Below are positions 28,914-38,913 of a stretch of 64,000 bases of DNA, piece by piece. How positions within the stretch are numbered: position 1 is the first letter of the stretch; every line of letters starts with the position of its first letter. Below the pieces are notes generated by a model. It saw only the letters and a list, made by a program, of their open reading frames with translations, was not told the origin of the DNA and ran no database searches. This DNA comes from an uncultured delta proteobacterium (lineage in GTDB: Bacteria > Desulfobacterota > Binatia > Binatales > Binataceae), in contig CAWJET010000001.1 of assembly GCA_963842085.1 (NCBI GenBank), forward strand, positions 2,400,001 to 2,464,000. Reading direction: 5' to 3'. The position numbers were made by a program, and so were the translations under genes.

Positions 28914-31697
28914 ATGGATTCGAAGTCAAAAGTAACCGACCGCGCACCGGCCCCCAGTGCTGCTCCGGTCAATTCTGCCGCGCGCGGCCGGGGCGTCGTG
29001 CTCGAGCGCTTCTTCACCCAGGCCGGCGTCGATCCATATTCCCAGGTCGAGTGGGATCTCCGCAGCGCCGTCATCTCGGGCGAAGACGGCCGCGTGGTCT
29101 TCGAGCAGAAAGACGTCGAGGTGCCGCGAGCGTGGTCGCAAACCGCCACCAACGTCGTCGTCTCGAAATATTTCCGCGGCCCGCTCGGCACGCCGCGGCG
29201 CGAAACCAGCGTCCGCCAACTCATCTCACGCGTCGTCGACACCATCACCGGATGGGGTGACAAGCAGGGTTACTTCGCCGACGCCGACGCGCGCGAGACT
29301 TTCCACGCCGAGCTCAAGTACCTGCTCCTGAATCAAAAGGCCTCGTTCAACAGCCCCGTCTATTTCAACGTCGGCATCGAAGCCAAGCCGCAGTGCTCGG
29401 CATGCTTTATCCTCAAGGTCGACGACAGCATGGACTCGATCCTGAGCTGGTACCGCAACGAGGGCATGATCTTCAAAGGCGGCTCGGGCGCCGGCGTGAA
29501 CCTGTCGGCGCTGCGCTCATGCCGCGAGAAGCTCTCGTCGGGCGGGACTGCGTCGGGCCCGTTGTCGTTCATGAAGGCCGCCGACGCGAGCGCCGGCGTG
29601 ATCAAGTCGGGCGGCAAGACGCGGCGCGCGGCCAAGATGGTCGTGCTCAACGCCGACCATCCCGACATCGTCGATTTCATCAAGTGCAAAGTCGAAGAGG
29701 AGCGCAAGGCGTGGGCGCTGATCGAAGCCGGCTATGACTCCTCGCTCGACGGCCCCGCTTACGGCTCCGTGTTCTTCCAGAACGCGAACAATTCCGTGCG
29801 CGCCACCGACGGCTTCATGCAGGCAGTCCTCGACGACGCCCAATGGCAGACGCACTTCGTCAAGTCCGGCGAAGTCGCCGAGACCCGGCCCGCGCGCAAG
29901 ATACTCCACCTGATCGCCGAGGCTGCCCACGCCTGCGGCGACCCCGGGATGCAATTCGACACCACCATCAACCTCTGGCACACCTGCCCCGCCAGCGGGC
30001 GCATCAACGCGTCGAATCCGTGCAGCGAGTACATGCATCTCGACAACTCGGCCTGCAATCTCGCCTCGCTCAACCTGATGAAGTTCATCGACGAGCGCGG
30101 CGAGTTCGACGTGCGCGCATTCCGCCACGCAGTCGACGTGATGATCACGGCGCAGGATATCGTGGTCGACAATTCCTCGTATCCGACCGACGAGATCGCC
30201 AGGAACGCGAGCGCGTTCCGCGAGCTCGGCCTTGGCTACGCAAACCTCGGCGCGCTGCTGATGGCGCTCGGGATGCCGTACGACTCCGAGCAGGGCCGCA
30301 GCTACGCCGCCGCGATTACCGCGTTGATGACGGGCGAGGCCTATCTGCAGTCGGCGCGCATCGCGGAGCAGATGGGTCCGTTCGCCGGCTACGCGCCCAA
30401 TCGCGAGCCGATGCTGAAAGTGATCGAGCGCCACAAATCGTACGCGTACAAGCTCGATCCGTCGTACGTCCCGCTCGACATGCTGCGCGCCGCGCGCGAC
30501 TCCTGGGACGACGCGCTCAAGCTCGGCACCGCGGCCGGCTACCGCAACTCGCAGGCCACGGTGATCGCGCCGACCGGCACGATCGCCTTCATGATGGATT
30601 GCGACACCACCGGCATCGAGCCCGACATCGCGCTCATCAAGTACAAAAAGCTGGTCGGCGGCGGGATGCTGAAAATTGTCAACGGCACCGTCCCGCGCGC
30701 GCTCAAGCGGCTGGGCTACGACTCGAAGGAAGTCCAGGAGATCGTCGAATACCTCGATGAGAACGAAACGATTGAAGGCGCGCCGCAACTCGCCGACGCG
30801 CATCTCGCCGTCTTCGATTGCGCTTTCAAGCCGCGCGCCGGCGCCCGCACCATTCACTACAACGGCCACCTCAAGATGATGGGCGCGGTGCAGCCGTTCA
30901 TCTCGGGCGCGATTTCCAAGACCATCAACATGCCCGCGGAAGCGACTGTGGACGAAGTCGCCGAGGCTTACGTCACCGCCTGGAAGCTCGGGCTGAAGGC
31001 GGTCGCGATTTACCGCGACGGCTCCAAGCGCACGCAGCCGCTCAACACCGGCAAGAAGGACCTCGAGAAAGCGGTGGAAGCGGTCGCGTCGATCGCGGCG
31101 TCCGACGACCGGATGCAGCGACGCAAGCTGCCCGACGAGCGCAAATCGATCACGCACAAGTTCGATATCGCCGGCCACGAAGGCTACATCACGGTCGGCA
31201 TGTACGAGGACGGCACGCCGGGCGAAATTTTCGTCACGATGTCCAAGCAGGGCTCGACCATCTCGGGCCTGATGGACTCCTTCGCCACCGCGATTTCGTT
31301 CGCGCTGCAATACGGCGTCCCGCTGCAGTTCCTGGTGGACAAATTTTCGCACATGCGCTTCGAGCCGTCGGGCTTCACCAAGAATCCGCAGATTCCGTAC
31401 GCCAAGTCGATCGTCGACTACCTGTTCCGCTGGATGGCGTCGAAATTCCTCGACGAAGAAGCGAAGCGAGAAGTCGGAATCGTCGAGTCGGAAAAAACGC
31501 TGTCAGCAAAATCAGACGCGGCGGCTGTCGCGATGGCTCCAGTGGCGAGTTTGCGCGACGGCAAGGACGGCGGCATCCGCCAGGCGTTCATCAACCAGGC
31601 CGACGCGCCGCCATGCCCCGACTGCGGCAGCATAATGGTGCGCAACGGCGCCTGCTACAAATGCATGAACTGCGGCACCACCAGCGGGTGCTCATGA
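28914..31697 (+). CDS. nrdJ: class II (B12-dependent) ribonucleotide reductase
   Basis: FNSP, QCSACFI, SNPCSEY, ACNLASLN, APTGT, SGAISKT, C-terminal CPDC/CMNC zinc finger. Confidence 0.97.
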   Translation: MDSKSKVTDRAPAPSAAPVNSAARGRGVVLERFFTQAGVDPYSQVEWDLRSAVISGEDGRVVFEQKDVEVPRAWSQTATNVVVSKYFRGPLGTPRRETSVRQLISRVVDTITGWGDKQGYFADADARETFHAELKYLLLNQKASFNSPVYFNVGIEAKPQCSACFILKVDDSMDSILSWYRNEGMIFKGGSGAGVNLSALRSCREKLSSGGTASGPLSFMKAADASAGVIKSGGKTRRAAKMVVLNADHPDIVDFIKCKVEEERKAWALIEAGYDSSLDGPAYGSVFFQNANNSVRATDGFMQAVLDDAQWQTHFVKSGEVAETRPARKILHLIAEAAHACGDPGMQFDTTINLWHTCPASGRINASNPCSEYMHLDNSACNLASLNLMKFIDERGEFDVRAFRHAVDVMITAQDIVVDNSSYPTDEIARNASAFRELGLGYANLGALLMALGMPYDSEQGRSYAAAITALMTGEAYLQSARIAEQMGPFAGYAPNREPMLKVIERHKSYAYKLDPSYVPLDMLRAARDSWDDALKLGTAAGYRNSQATVIAPTGTIAFMMDCDTTGIEPDIALIKYKKLVGGGMLKIVNGTVPRALKRLGYDSKEVQEIVEYLDENETIEGAPQLADAHLAVFDCAFKPRAGARTIHYNGHLKMMGAVQPFISGAISKTINMPAEATVDEVAEAYVTAWKLGLKAVAIYRDGSKRTQPLNTGKKDLEKAVEAVASIAASDDRMQRRKLPDERKSITHKFDIAGHEGYITVGMYEDGTPGEIFVTMSKQGSTISGLMDSFATAISFALQYGVPLQFLVDKFSHMRFEPSGFTKNPQIPYAKSIVDYLFRWMASKFLDEEAKREVGIVESEKTLSAKSDAAAVAMAPVASLRDGKDGGIRQAFINQADAPPCPDCGSIMVRNGACYKCMNCGTTSGCS

Positions 31698-31712
31698 AGA
31701 AGGAGTCTTAAG

Positions 31713-31850
31713 GGGTCCCGGAGAATAGGAGGGGAGGCGTTCGAGAGACTGGCGATGATGCGGGGGAGGCGGACGGGTAAGCAGCTACCGGCGGCGGCAA
31801 AGATTCAGCCAGTCCTCGGAGAAATGGGGATGACGAATTCTCCGGGACCC
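31713..31850. ncRNA. candidate structured RNA (nested stems)
   Basis: 14-bp perfect IR 31713-26/31837-50 encloses stem CGAG-a-GACTGGC/GCCAGTC-CTCG. Confidence 0.4.
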
Positions 31851-31918
31851 ACATACTAAAGAAGGCGCGATCGGACTCGCGCCCTTACAGGATGTGGTGG
31901 GGCGGCGGATGTGGTGAC

Positions 31919-31960
31919 GGCAGGGGGCTGGGAGCAATCCCAGCCCCCAAATTGCCTTTC
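31919..31960 (+). terminator. terminator-like hairpin
   Basis: GGGGGCTGGGA-GCAA-TCCCAGCCCCC, followed by a short T run. Confidence 0.6.
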
Positions 31961-31973
31961 TGCGATCTTCTTA

Positions 31974-32503
31974 ATGCCTCGCCCGTTACTTCACGGGAGA
32001 GGTTAGGTGAGGGTTCTGCGGTTCACCACCATTTCATGTCACGCGCAAAAGTGAGATTGTCCCATCGATGGCCGACCTCACGCCGCCGCGACTCCTTCCA
32101 AAAGTACCACTCGCTCGTTCTCGTGCACTGCGTCGCGATTCCACCGAAGCTGTGAAGCGACTGTGGGCGATTCTGCAGAATCGACAACTCGACGGCAGGA
32201 AGTTTCGTCGTCAGGTTGCGCTCGATTCGTACATCGTAGATTTCTGCTGCAGCGCGGCGAGGTTGATCGTCGAAATCGATGGCGAACAGCATGCTGACAA
32301 ACGCAAGCGCTACGACGACGCACGTACGCGAGAACTGGAAGCGCGCGGTTTCAGAGTGATCAGATTCTGGAACTACGAAGTGTTGCAGGGCGCTGAGGGC
32401 GTGGTCGAGGAGATTCGACGCCTATTGTCTGACGCTGGCCGATCACCACGATGATCCGCAGTACCCTCACCTAACCTCTCCCGTAAACTAACGGGCGAGG
32501 CAT
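31974..32503 (+). mobile_element. putative DUF559 element bounded by 52-bp inverted repeats (family A)
   Basis: 31974-32025 and 32452-32503 are inverted repeats at 48/52 identity, each containing an internal hairpin. Confidence 0.7.
32068..32454 (+). CDS. DUF559 / Vsr-like endonuclease
   Basis: RALRRDST, LW, FRRQ, YIVDF, IVEIDGEQH, GFRVIRFWN. Confidence 0.92.
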   Translation: MADLTPPRLLPKVPLARSRALRRDSTEAVKRLWAILQNRQLDGRKFRRQVALDSYIVDFCCSAARLIVEIDGEQHADKRKRYDDARTRELEARGFRVIRFWNYEVLQGAEGVVEEIRRLLSDAGRSPR

Positions 32504-32517
32504 CAGAAAGAGACCAC

Positions 32518-32994
32518 ATGGCGATGAAATGGCCGGCGGGATTTGAACCTGACAAATCATCGGTTTGCGCGCGCAACGAAATTGCGATTGCTGCGCCGCC
32601 GGAGCGCGTTTGGCGATGGCTCATTCGCGCCGTCAAGTGGCCTGAGTGGTACAGCAACAGCGCCAACGTTAATTTCATTCGCGGCAATCCGCCCGACCTT
32701 GCGCCCGGCACCGAATTCAAATGGAAGACCTTTGGCGCGACCGTCGCCAGCCGCGTGATCGTCTTCGATCCGCCGCATGAACTCGGATGGGACGCGCATG
32801 GCGTGTTGAGCGCCTATCACGGCTGGCTTATCGAGCCGGACGGCGGCGGCGGATGCCGCGTCGTCACCGAGGAATGCCAGAACGGCCTCGTGCCGAAACT
32901 TGCATGGTGGTATCTGCGCCCGATGCTCGAGCGCGGGCATCAGAACTGGGTCGAGAGCCTCAAACGCGTTGCCGAAGGCGGAGATCCGTCGTAG
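32518..32994 (+). CDS. SRPBCC/polyketide cyclase family protein
   Basis: IAAPPERVW, WPEW, LKRVAE. Confidence 0.8.
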   Translation: MAMKWPAGFEPDKSSVCARNEIAIAAPPERVWRWLIRAVKWPEWYSNSANVNFIRGNPPDLAPGTEFKWKTFGATVASRVIVFDPPHELGWDAHGVLSAYHGWLIEPDGGGGCRVVTEECQNGLVPKLAWWYLRPMLERGHQNWVESLKRVAEGGDPS

Positions 32995-33012
32995 CAATCC
33001 GCCGGCGTCGTG

Positions 33013-33408
33013 CTAGTCGTCCGCCAGGATCACTTCGAAGGCGGCGCTGTTGTCGCGGATAATACCCATCGACGCTAGAAATCGCGCCAGCCGAAGCATC
33101 GGAATCACGTACCAGTATTTGCGCTCGACCAGGCCGCTCACCTTTTCGCGTTCCTGCGCGTCCGTAATCTCGCGCACGTCGCCGTTGAAAGCTTCGTTGC
33201 CAACCCGAAGCGAGACGGCGGGTCGCACTTTCACGTTGCGCACCCAGTTGCGATCGGCATTTGCCGAGACCAGGTACAGCCGGTCGCCATCGACCAGGTA
33301 CCAGATAGTCACCTCGTAGGGGCGGCCGCTCTTGCGTCCGTAGTGAGTCAGGCGCAGCGTCTGCCGGTCACCGGCCTTGCGCAGCCGTTCGAAAGATTTC
33401 GATGCCAT
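33013..33408 (-). CDS. deazaflavin-dependent nitroreductase-like (split barrel)
   Basis: LTHYGRKSG, NWVRNV. Confidence 0.8.
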   Translation of the reverse strand: MASKSFERLRKAGDRQTLRLTHYGRKSGRPYEVTIWYLVDGDRLYLVSANADRNWVRNVKVRPAVSLRVGNEAFNGDVREITDAQEREKVSGLVERKYWYVIPMLRLARFLASMGIIRDNSAAFEVILADD

Positions 33409-33433
33409 CGTAGTGCACCTCGCGTTCTTCGCT

Positions 33434-33967
33434 TTATCGCGCCGCCGCGGCCTCGTAGTCCTGTCGCAAAAGCGCCATCATGAAAACGTCGCGATATTTT
33501 CCATCGACGAAACTCTCCTGACGCAGAAGTCCTTCGCGGACGAAGCCGCACTTCTCGTAGCATCGCACCGCGCGGGAATTGTCGACCAGGGTGGTGAGCC
33601 ACAATCGATTCAGGTTCATTTTGTCGAACGCCAGGCGAATTACGATTCGCAGCGCGTCGCTGCCAAGACCCTTGTCCCAGAGCTGTTTCTCGCCGATCGT
33701 GATGAAGAACTCGGCCTTGCGGCTTTTCCAGTCGATCTTTCGCAGTCCGCAATCGCCGACCAGCTTTCCGTCGAGCGTTTCGATTGCGAAGTACTTCGCA
33801 TCGTCGCCCGCTGCCTGTGCGAGCTCGATGAATTTTTCCTGCTGCGCGCGCGAGGGCAGATTCGGCGGCCCGAGCCATCGCGTGACTTCCTCGTCAGAGA
33901 ACCATCGGAACAGCGCGTCGACGTCGGATTTTTCGTAACCGCGCAGCCTGGTCAGTTTTCCCTGCAT
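33434..33967 (-). CDS. GNAT acetyltransferase (RimJ/RimL-like)
   Basis: WDKGLG, NSRAVRCYEKCGF, EGLLR. Confidence 0.9.
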   Translation of the reverse strand: MQGKLTRLRGYEKSDVDALFRWFSDEEVTRWLGPPNLPSRAQQEKFIELAQAAGDDAKYFAIETLDGKLVGDCGLRKIDWKSRKAEFFITIGEKQLWDKGLGSDALRIVIRLAFDKMNLNRLWLTTLVDNSRAVRCYEKCGFVREGLLRQESFVDGKYRDVFMMALLRQDYEAAAAR

Positions 33968-34003
33968 CCGGCTCCATCGCGCGATTGATATTCGCGCAGT
34001 CGG

Positions 34004-35377
34004 TTACTGAGTGATGGTTTCCATGACGCGGCCGCTCGCACCGTCAACGATATTGACCTCGACCGGCGCCGAAATGTTGTTGTCTTTCTTGGCGCTGTCG
34101 ATGCCCGCCTTCAGATCGGACAGGAACTTGTCCTTGGCAAACGGCGGCATTTGATCCATCGGAAAGTTGTCCATCAGGACCTTGGCCTTGAACTTGTCGG
34201 GCCACTCGACGGAGCCGACTTTTGGTCCCGCAACCGGCAAGCCTCGCACCATCTGCTCGATAGCACCGTGAAAATCCTTTGCACCAGCCGCTGGCGCCGC
34301 CGCGGGCGCGCCGGAGGTTTGCGCCACCATCGCGGCTGACGCAGCGGGAGCGCCCGCCGCCGCATTCTGCGCCGCCGGCGCAGCGGCAGGCGTCGCCGAC
34401 ACCGCCTGCATCGACGCGCTCGCGGCCGGCGCGCCGCTGAACTTTGCGATCAGATCCTTCACCTGGCTGCGCGCAGTATCGTCCGGCGCGAGCGCCAGCG
34501 CTTGCTTGAGCGCGGCCGCCGCGTCATCGGGCTTGTTCTCCTGCGTGTACGCGATCCCCATGTTGTAGTACGCCTGGAAAAATCCGGGCTTGGCGGCGAG
34601 CGCTTTCTTGTATTGCACGATCGCCTGATCGGCGTTGCCGGTGTAGAGGTACATCGTGCCGAGGTCGGTGCGAACTTCCGGATCGTCCGGCTTCTTCTTC
34701 AGGTAATGCTCGTACGCGGCAATCGCTTCGTCGTAGAGCTGCTTGTCGTAGTCGATGTCGCCGATGCCGCGCAGCGCGTCGAGGTTGTCCGGCTCCAGCT
34801 TCAGCACGTGGCCGTACGCTTCCTCGGCCTTGCCGTAGTAAGTTTGATCGAACATCGCCGCGCGCATCGAGACGGCGCCGAATTTGTTCCATGCCGCGAC
34901 GTCGCGGGGTTTCGCGAGCGCGTCTTTTTCGATCTTGTCGACAAAAGTGCGAGCTTCGGTCGGCAGCTCGATCGTGGGATGTCCCGGCGGCAGACTGCCG
35001 TTCTGACTTCCACCAGCCGCGGGATTTGCTGTGACATTCTGCGGCGCGGCCGGGTTGGGCGCGACACTGCCCGGATTCAAAGCGGGCGCGGCGGCGCTCG
35101 GTGCGTTGGCGACGGGTGGCGCAACCGCGATTTGTTCGCGCACCACTTCGGGGGTGCGCAGATATATCCATCCGGCCACAGCCAGGCACGCCACGGCGAG
35201 CGTGATGAACACGGACGCAAACGCCGTCGTGATCGTTGTGCCGCGTCCGCGAGCCGCGCTGACGCCGCCCGATTCTCCCGCGCCCGATGCAGCGGCGTCG
35301 AGAGCGCGGCCGCATTCCACGCAGAACTTGGCTCCGGCCAGCAGGGGCGCTCCACATTGCGGACAAAATCGCATCAT
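34004..35377 (-). CDS. zinc-ribbon / TM / TPR protein
   Basis: CPQCG...FCVECG, one TM, LPPGHP, several TPRs. Confidence 0.85.
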   Translation of the reverse strand: MMRFCPQCGAPLLAGAKFCVECGRALDAAASGAGESGGVSAARGRGTTITTAFASVFITLAVACLAVAGWIYLRTPEVVREQIAVAPPVANAPSAAAPALNPGSVAPNPAAPQNVTANPAAGGSQNGSLPPGHPTIELPTEARTFVDKIEKDALAKPRDVAAWNKFGAVSMRAAMFDQTYYGKAEEAYGHVLKLEPDNLDALRGIGDIDYDKQLYDEAIAAYEHYLKKKPDDPEVRTDLGTMYLYTGNADQAIVQYKKALAAKPGFFQAYYNMGIAYTQENKPDDAAAALKQALALAPDDTARSQVKDLIAKFSGAPAASASMQAVSATPAAAPAAQNAAAGAPAASAAMVAQTSGAPAAAPAAGAKDFHGAIEQMVRGLPVAGPKVGSVEWPDKFKAKVLMDNFPMDQMPPFAKDKFLSDLKAGIDSAKKDNNISAPVEVNIVDGASGRVMETITQ

Positions 35378-35494
35378 CAAATTCCTACATGACCCGTTCG
35401 TTCCAGCGCAACACGCCCCGGATTCGGGTTCCCGCGCTTGAGGCGCCTGATGTATAGTCCCGCTCGCAAGTCTAATTGTGCGAGGTAACCGGCC

Positions 35495-36145
35495 ATGCTG
35501 CTCTACGACTCATTTGGACCCAACCCGCGCGCGACGCGAATGTTTCTGGCGGAGAAGGGAATTACCATCCCGAGCAAGAATGTCGATCTGATGGCGGCGG
35601 AAAATCGCAGGCCGCCCTACACCGATCGCAATCCCGGCGGACAACTGCCGGCGCTCGAGCTCGACAACGGCAAGTGTATCGGCGAGACCGTCGCGATCTG
35701 GGAATACCTCGAGGAAAAACATCCGACGCCCGCGCTGATCGGCGCCACCGCCGAAGAACGCGCCGAGACCCGCCAGTGGCAGCGCCGAATCGAGCTGCTG
35801 ATCACCGAGCCTCTTTACAGCGCCTTCCGCTATTCCGAGGGCGCCGAGCTGTTCAAGGATCGGATGCGCATCCTGCCCGAGGCGGCGCCCGGAATGAAGG
35901 CGGCCGTGCAGGACAAGCTCAAGTGGCTCGACAAGCTGCTCGAGGGCAAGCAATACATCGCGGGCGATCGATTCACCGTCGCCGACATCATTCTGTATTG
36001 CGCGCTCGACTTCGGCGCCAGCGTCAAGCAGCCGCTCGACCCGTCGCTGAAGAACGTGAACGCGTGGTTCAAGCGCGTCGATTCGCGGCCCAGCGCCAGG
36101 TCGAGCCTGCATCCCGCGTCGGCGCAAGTCGGGATGAAGGGTTAG
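35495..36145 (+). CDS. glutathione S-transferase
   Basis: GPNPR, NPGGQLP, ETVAI, FTVADI. Confidence 0.9.
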   Translation: MLLYDSFGPNPRATRMFLAEKGITIPSKNVDLMAAENRRPPYTDRNPGGQLPALELDNGKCIGETVAIWEYLEEKHPTPALIGATAEERAETRQWQRRIELLITEPLYSAFRYSEGAELFKDRMRILPEAAPGMKAAVQDKLKWLDKLLEGKQYIAGDRFTVADIILYCALDFGASVKQPLDPSLKNVNAWFKRVDSRPSARSSLHPASAQVGMKG

Positions 36146-36163
36146 CCGGCGAGACGCGTCGCG

Positions 36164-37171
36164 ATGCCCGGAAATTTCGAACAGGTAACCGCGCAACTGA
36201 CCGCGTTGGTGCGCGCGAAGACGGGCGACCCCGGCGCGCGAGCGCATTCGCTCGCGGCGCTGCCGGGTCACGCCGGCTTCAGTTACAGCTTTATTCTCGA
36301 ACGGAGCCGGCCGGGCGCGGCGCCGGCGGGAAAATTCGTCGTGCGCATCGCGCCTCCCGGCGTGAAAATTTCCGGCCCCGCCGACATCGTGCGCCAGGCG
36401 CGCGTGATGGCGTCGCTGGCCGACACCCCGGTCGCAGTGCCGCCGATCGTCTGGTACGGCGACGAGCCCGAGTTCTTCGAGCGTCCGTACTTCGTCGCCG
36501 GCTTCGTCGAGGGCTTCAAGCTCGGCGAATCTTCCCTGCCACTCGCGCACCTGAAACGCCTCGCGCGCAACGGGATCGCGACGATGGCCGCGCTGCACAA
36601 CGTCCCGTGGGAGCCGCGCTGCGCCGCATGGGGCGAGCCGTTCGCGCTGAGCGAGGAGCTCAAGCGCCTGGACTACCTGCTCGACCGTCCGACGCTCGAT
36701 CCCGCGGTGGTCGCGCGCGCGCCCGAACTTCGCGAGCGCCTGCGCTCGAGCCTGCCCGCGGGCGCGCGCATCGGATGCGTCCACGGCGACTTCCAATGGT
36801 CGAACGTGCTGTTCAACGAGGTGCGCGTGGTCGCGCTGATCGACTGGGAAATCTCGCTGGTCGGCGCGACGCTGCTCGACCTCGGCTGGATTTGCTTCTT
36901 TTCAGATCCCGAAAGCTGGGTCGGAGCCGATGTTCGCGGCTCGCTGCTCAACGCCGACGAAATCGTCGACGCGTACGCCGAGGCCGCCGGCTTCCCCGTC
37001 TCGATTCCCGAAGTGCGATGGTTCCGCGCATTCGCGGGCTACCGTTTCGGTGTGATCACGTGCTTCAACCTGATGCTCCACCGCCGCGGCAAGCGCCCCG
37101 ACCCGTTGTGGGAAGATACCGCTCTGTCTGCGCCGCGAATGTTCGAGCGCGGCCTCGAACTGTTGGGCTAG
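36164..37171 (+). CDS. APH-family phosphotransferase
   Basis: HGDFQWSNV, IDWE, DLGW. Confidence 0.88.
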   Translation: MPGNFEQVTAQLTALVRAKTGDPGARAHSLAALPGHAGFSYSFILERSRPGAAPAGKFVVRIAPPGVKISGPADIVRQARVMASLADTPVAVPPIVWYGDEPEFFERPYFVAGFVEGFKLGESSLPLAHLKRLARNGIATMAALHNVPWEPRCAAWGEPFALSEELKRLDYLLDRPTLDPAVVARAPELRERLRSSLPAGARIGCVHGDFQWSNVLFNEVRVVALIDWEISLVGATLLDLGWICFFSDPESWVGADVRGSLLNADEIVDAYAEAAGFPVSIPEVRWFRAFAGYRFGVITCFNLMLHRRGKRPDPLWEDTALSAPRMFERGLELLG

Positions 37172-37203
37172 GGAGCATACTTTTAGGATCGGGAGGTGGC
37201 GAA

Positions 37204-38913
37204 ATGGACGGTGCAGCCAAACGTCAGCCTGAAATTCAGACGCCCGAGGAAAACCATCCCGCGCTGAACGCGATTCTGGGCGCCAATCCGTTCGTCGGCC
37301 TCGACGCCACGCAGGTGGTCGGAACGTTGACGACCTTGCTGACCCATCTGGCGTCGGAGCCCGCTGCCGTCGCCTCGCGAGCGATTCAACTGTGGCTTGA
37401 GCTGGGGCAGATTGCGGCGGGCGTTTCCTCGGTGGCTCCCGAAGCCGGTGACAGACGTTTCGCCGATCCCGCATGGACGCAGCATCCGCTCTACCATCGC
37501 ATGATGCAGACCTACCTCGCGTGGCGCGCCGCGATGCACGATCTCGTCGACCAGGATGAAAGCGTCGAGTGGAAGGAGGTCGAGCAGCAGAAGTTCGCGG
37601 TCACGCTGATGACCGAGGCGCTCGCGCCCACCAACGTGTTCTGGCTCAATCCCGCGGCGCTCAAGCGCGCCTTCGACACCGCGGGGATGAGCGTGCTCTG
37701 GGGCATGCGCAATTTCATCGGCGATCTGTGGAACAACGGCGGGATGCCGTCGACGGTGGACAAGCGGCCGTTCGAAGTCGGCAGAAATCTCGCGCTATCG
37801 CCGGGCGCCGTCGTGTTCCGCAACCCGGTCTGCGAGGTGATCCAGTACGCGCCCGCGACCGACAAGGTTTACGAGCGCCCGCTGCTCTTCATCCCGCCGC
37901 AAATCAACAAGTTCTACATCATGGATCTCGCGCCCGGCCGGAGCTTCGTCGAGTACGCGGTCAAGCACGGCATTCCGATGTTCACGATCAGCTGGCGCAA
38001 TCCGACCCCGCGCGATCGCAACTGGGGGCTCGACGCGTACGTCACGGCGTGCAAGGACGCCATCGCGGCCGCCTGCGAGATCACCGGCAGTCCCGATTGC
38101 AACGTGCTCGGAGTATGCGCCGGCGGTATCACGACCTCGCTCATGCTCGGGCATCTCGCGGCGTCGGGTGACAAGCGGGTCAACGCAGTCACGCTGCTGG
38201 TGACGATGCTCGATACGAGCCTGCCCTCGATGACCGGGATGTTCGCGACCGCGGACGCGATCAGGGCGGCGCGCGATCGTTCTGCGGAAAAAGGCGTGCT
38301 CGACGGCGGCGACATGGCGCGAGTCTTCGCCTGGCTGCGTCCGAACGATCTGGTGTGGAACTATTGGGTCAACAATTATCTGCTCGGCAACGATCCCGCG
38401 CCGTTCGACATCCTCTATTGGAACGCCGACTCCACCAATCTTCCGGCCAAGCTGCACGCGGGCTTCCTGGATCTGTTCCTGAGAAATCCTTTGACACGCG
38501 GCGGCGAAGTCTCGGTGCTCGGCACGCCGATCGATCTGCGCGCCGTCAAGAACGATCTTTACCTGGTCGCCGGCATGACCGACCACATCTGCGCATGGCG
38601 CGCGTGCTATCGCGCGACTCGGATGTTCGGCGGACGAATCGAATTCGTGCTCGGCTCCAGCGGCCATATCCAGAGCCTCGTCAATCCGCCGGGCAACTTC
38701 AAAGCCCGCTACTACATCGGCGCGCGCCTACCGGAAGATCCCGACGAATGGGTCAAGGGCGCAGTTGAAAACAAGGGCACCTGGTGGGACCACTGGATCA
38801 AGTGGATAGTCGCGCGCTCCGGCGGCGAACGCCCGGCGCCAAAATCCCTGGGCAGCGAGTTGTATAAGGCAGGCGAACCCGCCCCCGGCCTATACGTCCA
38901 CGAACGCCACTAG
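37204..38913 (+). CDS. phaC: polyhydroxyalkanoate synthase (class II-like)
   Basis: DRRFADPAW, PPQINKFYIMDL, GVCAGG, WLRPNDLVWNYWVNNYL, DHI, SGHIQS; GGAGG SD. Confidence 0.93.
   Translation: MDGAAKRQPEIQTPEENHPALNAILGANPFVGLDATQVVGTLTTLLTHLASEPAAVASRAIQLWLELGQIAAGVSSVAPEAGDRRFADPAWTQHPLYHRMMQTYLAWRAAMHDLVDQDESVEWKEVEQQKFAVTLMTEALAPTNVFWLNPAALKRAFDTAGMSVLWGMRNFIGDLWNNGGMPSTVDKRPFEVGRNLALSPGAVVFRNPVCEVIQYAPATDKVYERPLLFIPPQINKFYIMDLAPGRSFVEYAVKHGIPMFTISWRNPTPRDRNWGLDAYVTACKDAIAAACEITGSPDCNVLGVCAGGITTSLMLGHLAASGDKRVNAVTLLVTMLDTSLPSMTGMFATADAIRAARDRSAEKGVLDGGDMARVFAWLRPNDLVWNYWVNNYLLGNDPAPFDILYWNADSTNLPAKLHAGFLDLFLRNPLTRGGEVSVLGTPIDLRAVKNDLYLVAGMTDHICAWRACYRATRMFGGRIEFVLGSSGHIQSLVNPPGNFKARYYIGARLPEDPDEWVKGAVENKGTWWDHWIKWIVARSGGERPAPKSLGSELYKAGEPAPGLYVHERH

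Noticed and set aside
35476-38913. 1145-aa ORF suggesting a large PhaC fusion
   Set aside because: The N-terminal half is off-frame over the GST and APH genes; phaC has its own SD and ATG at 37204.
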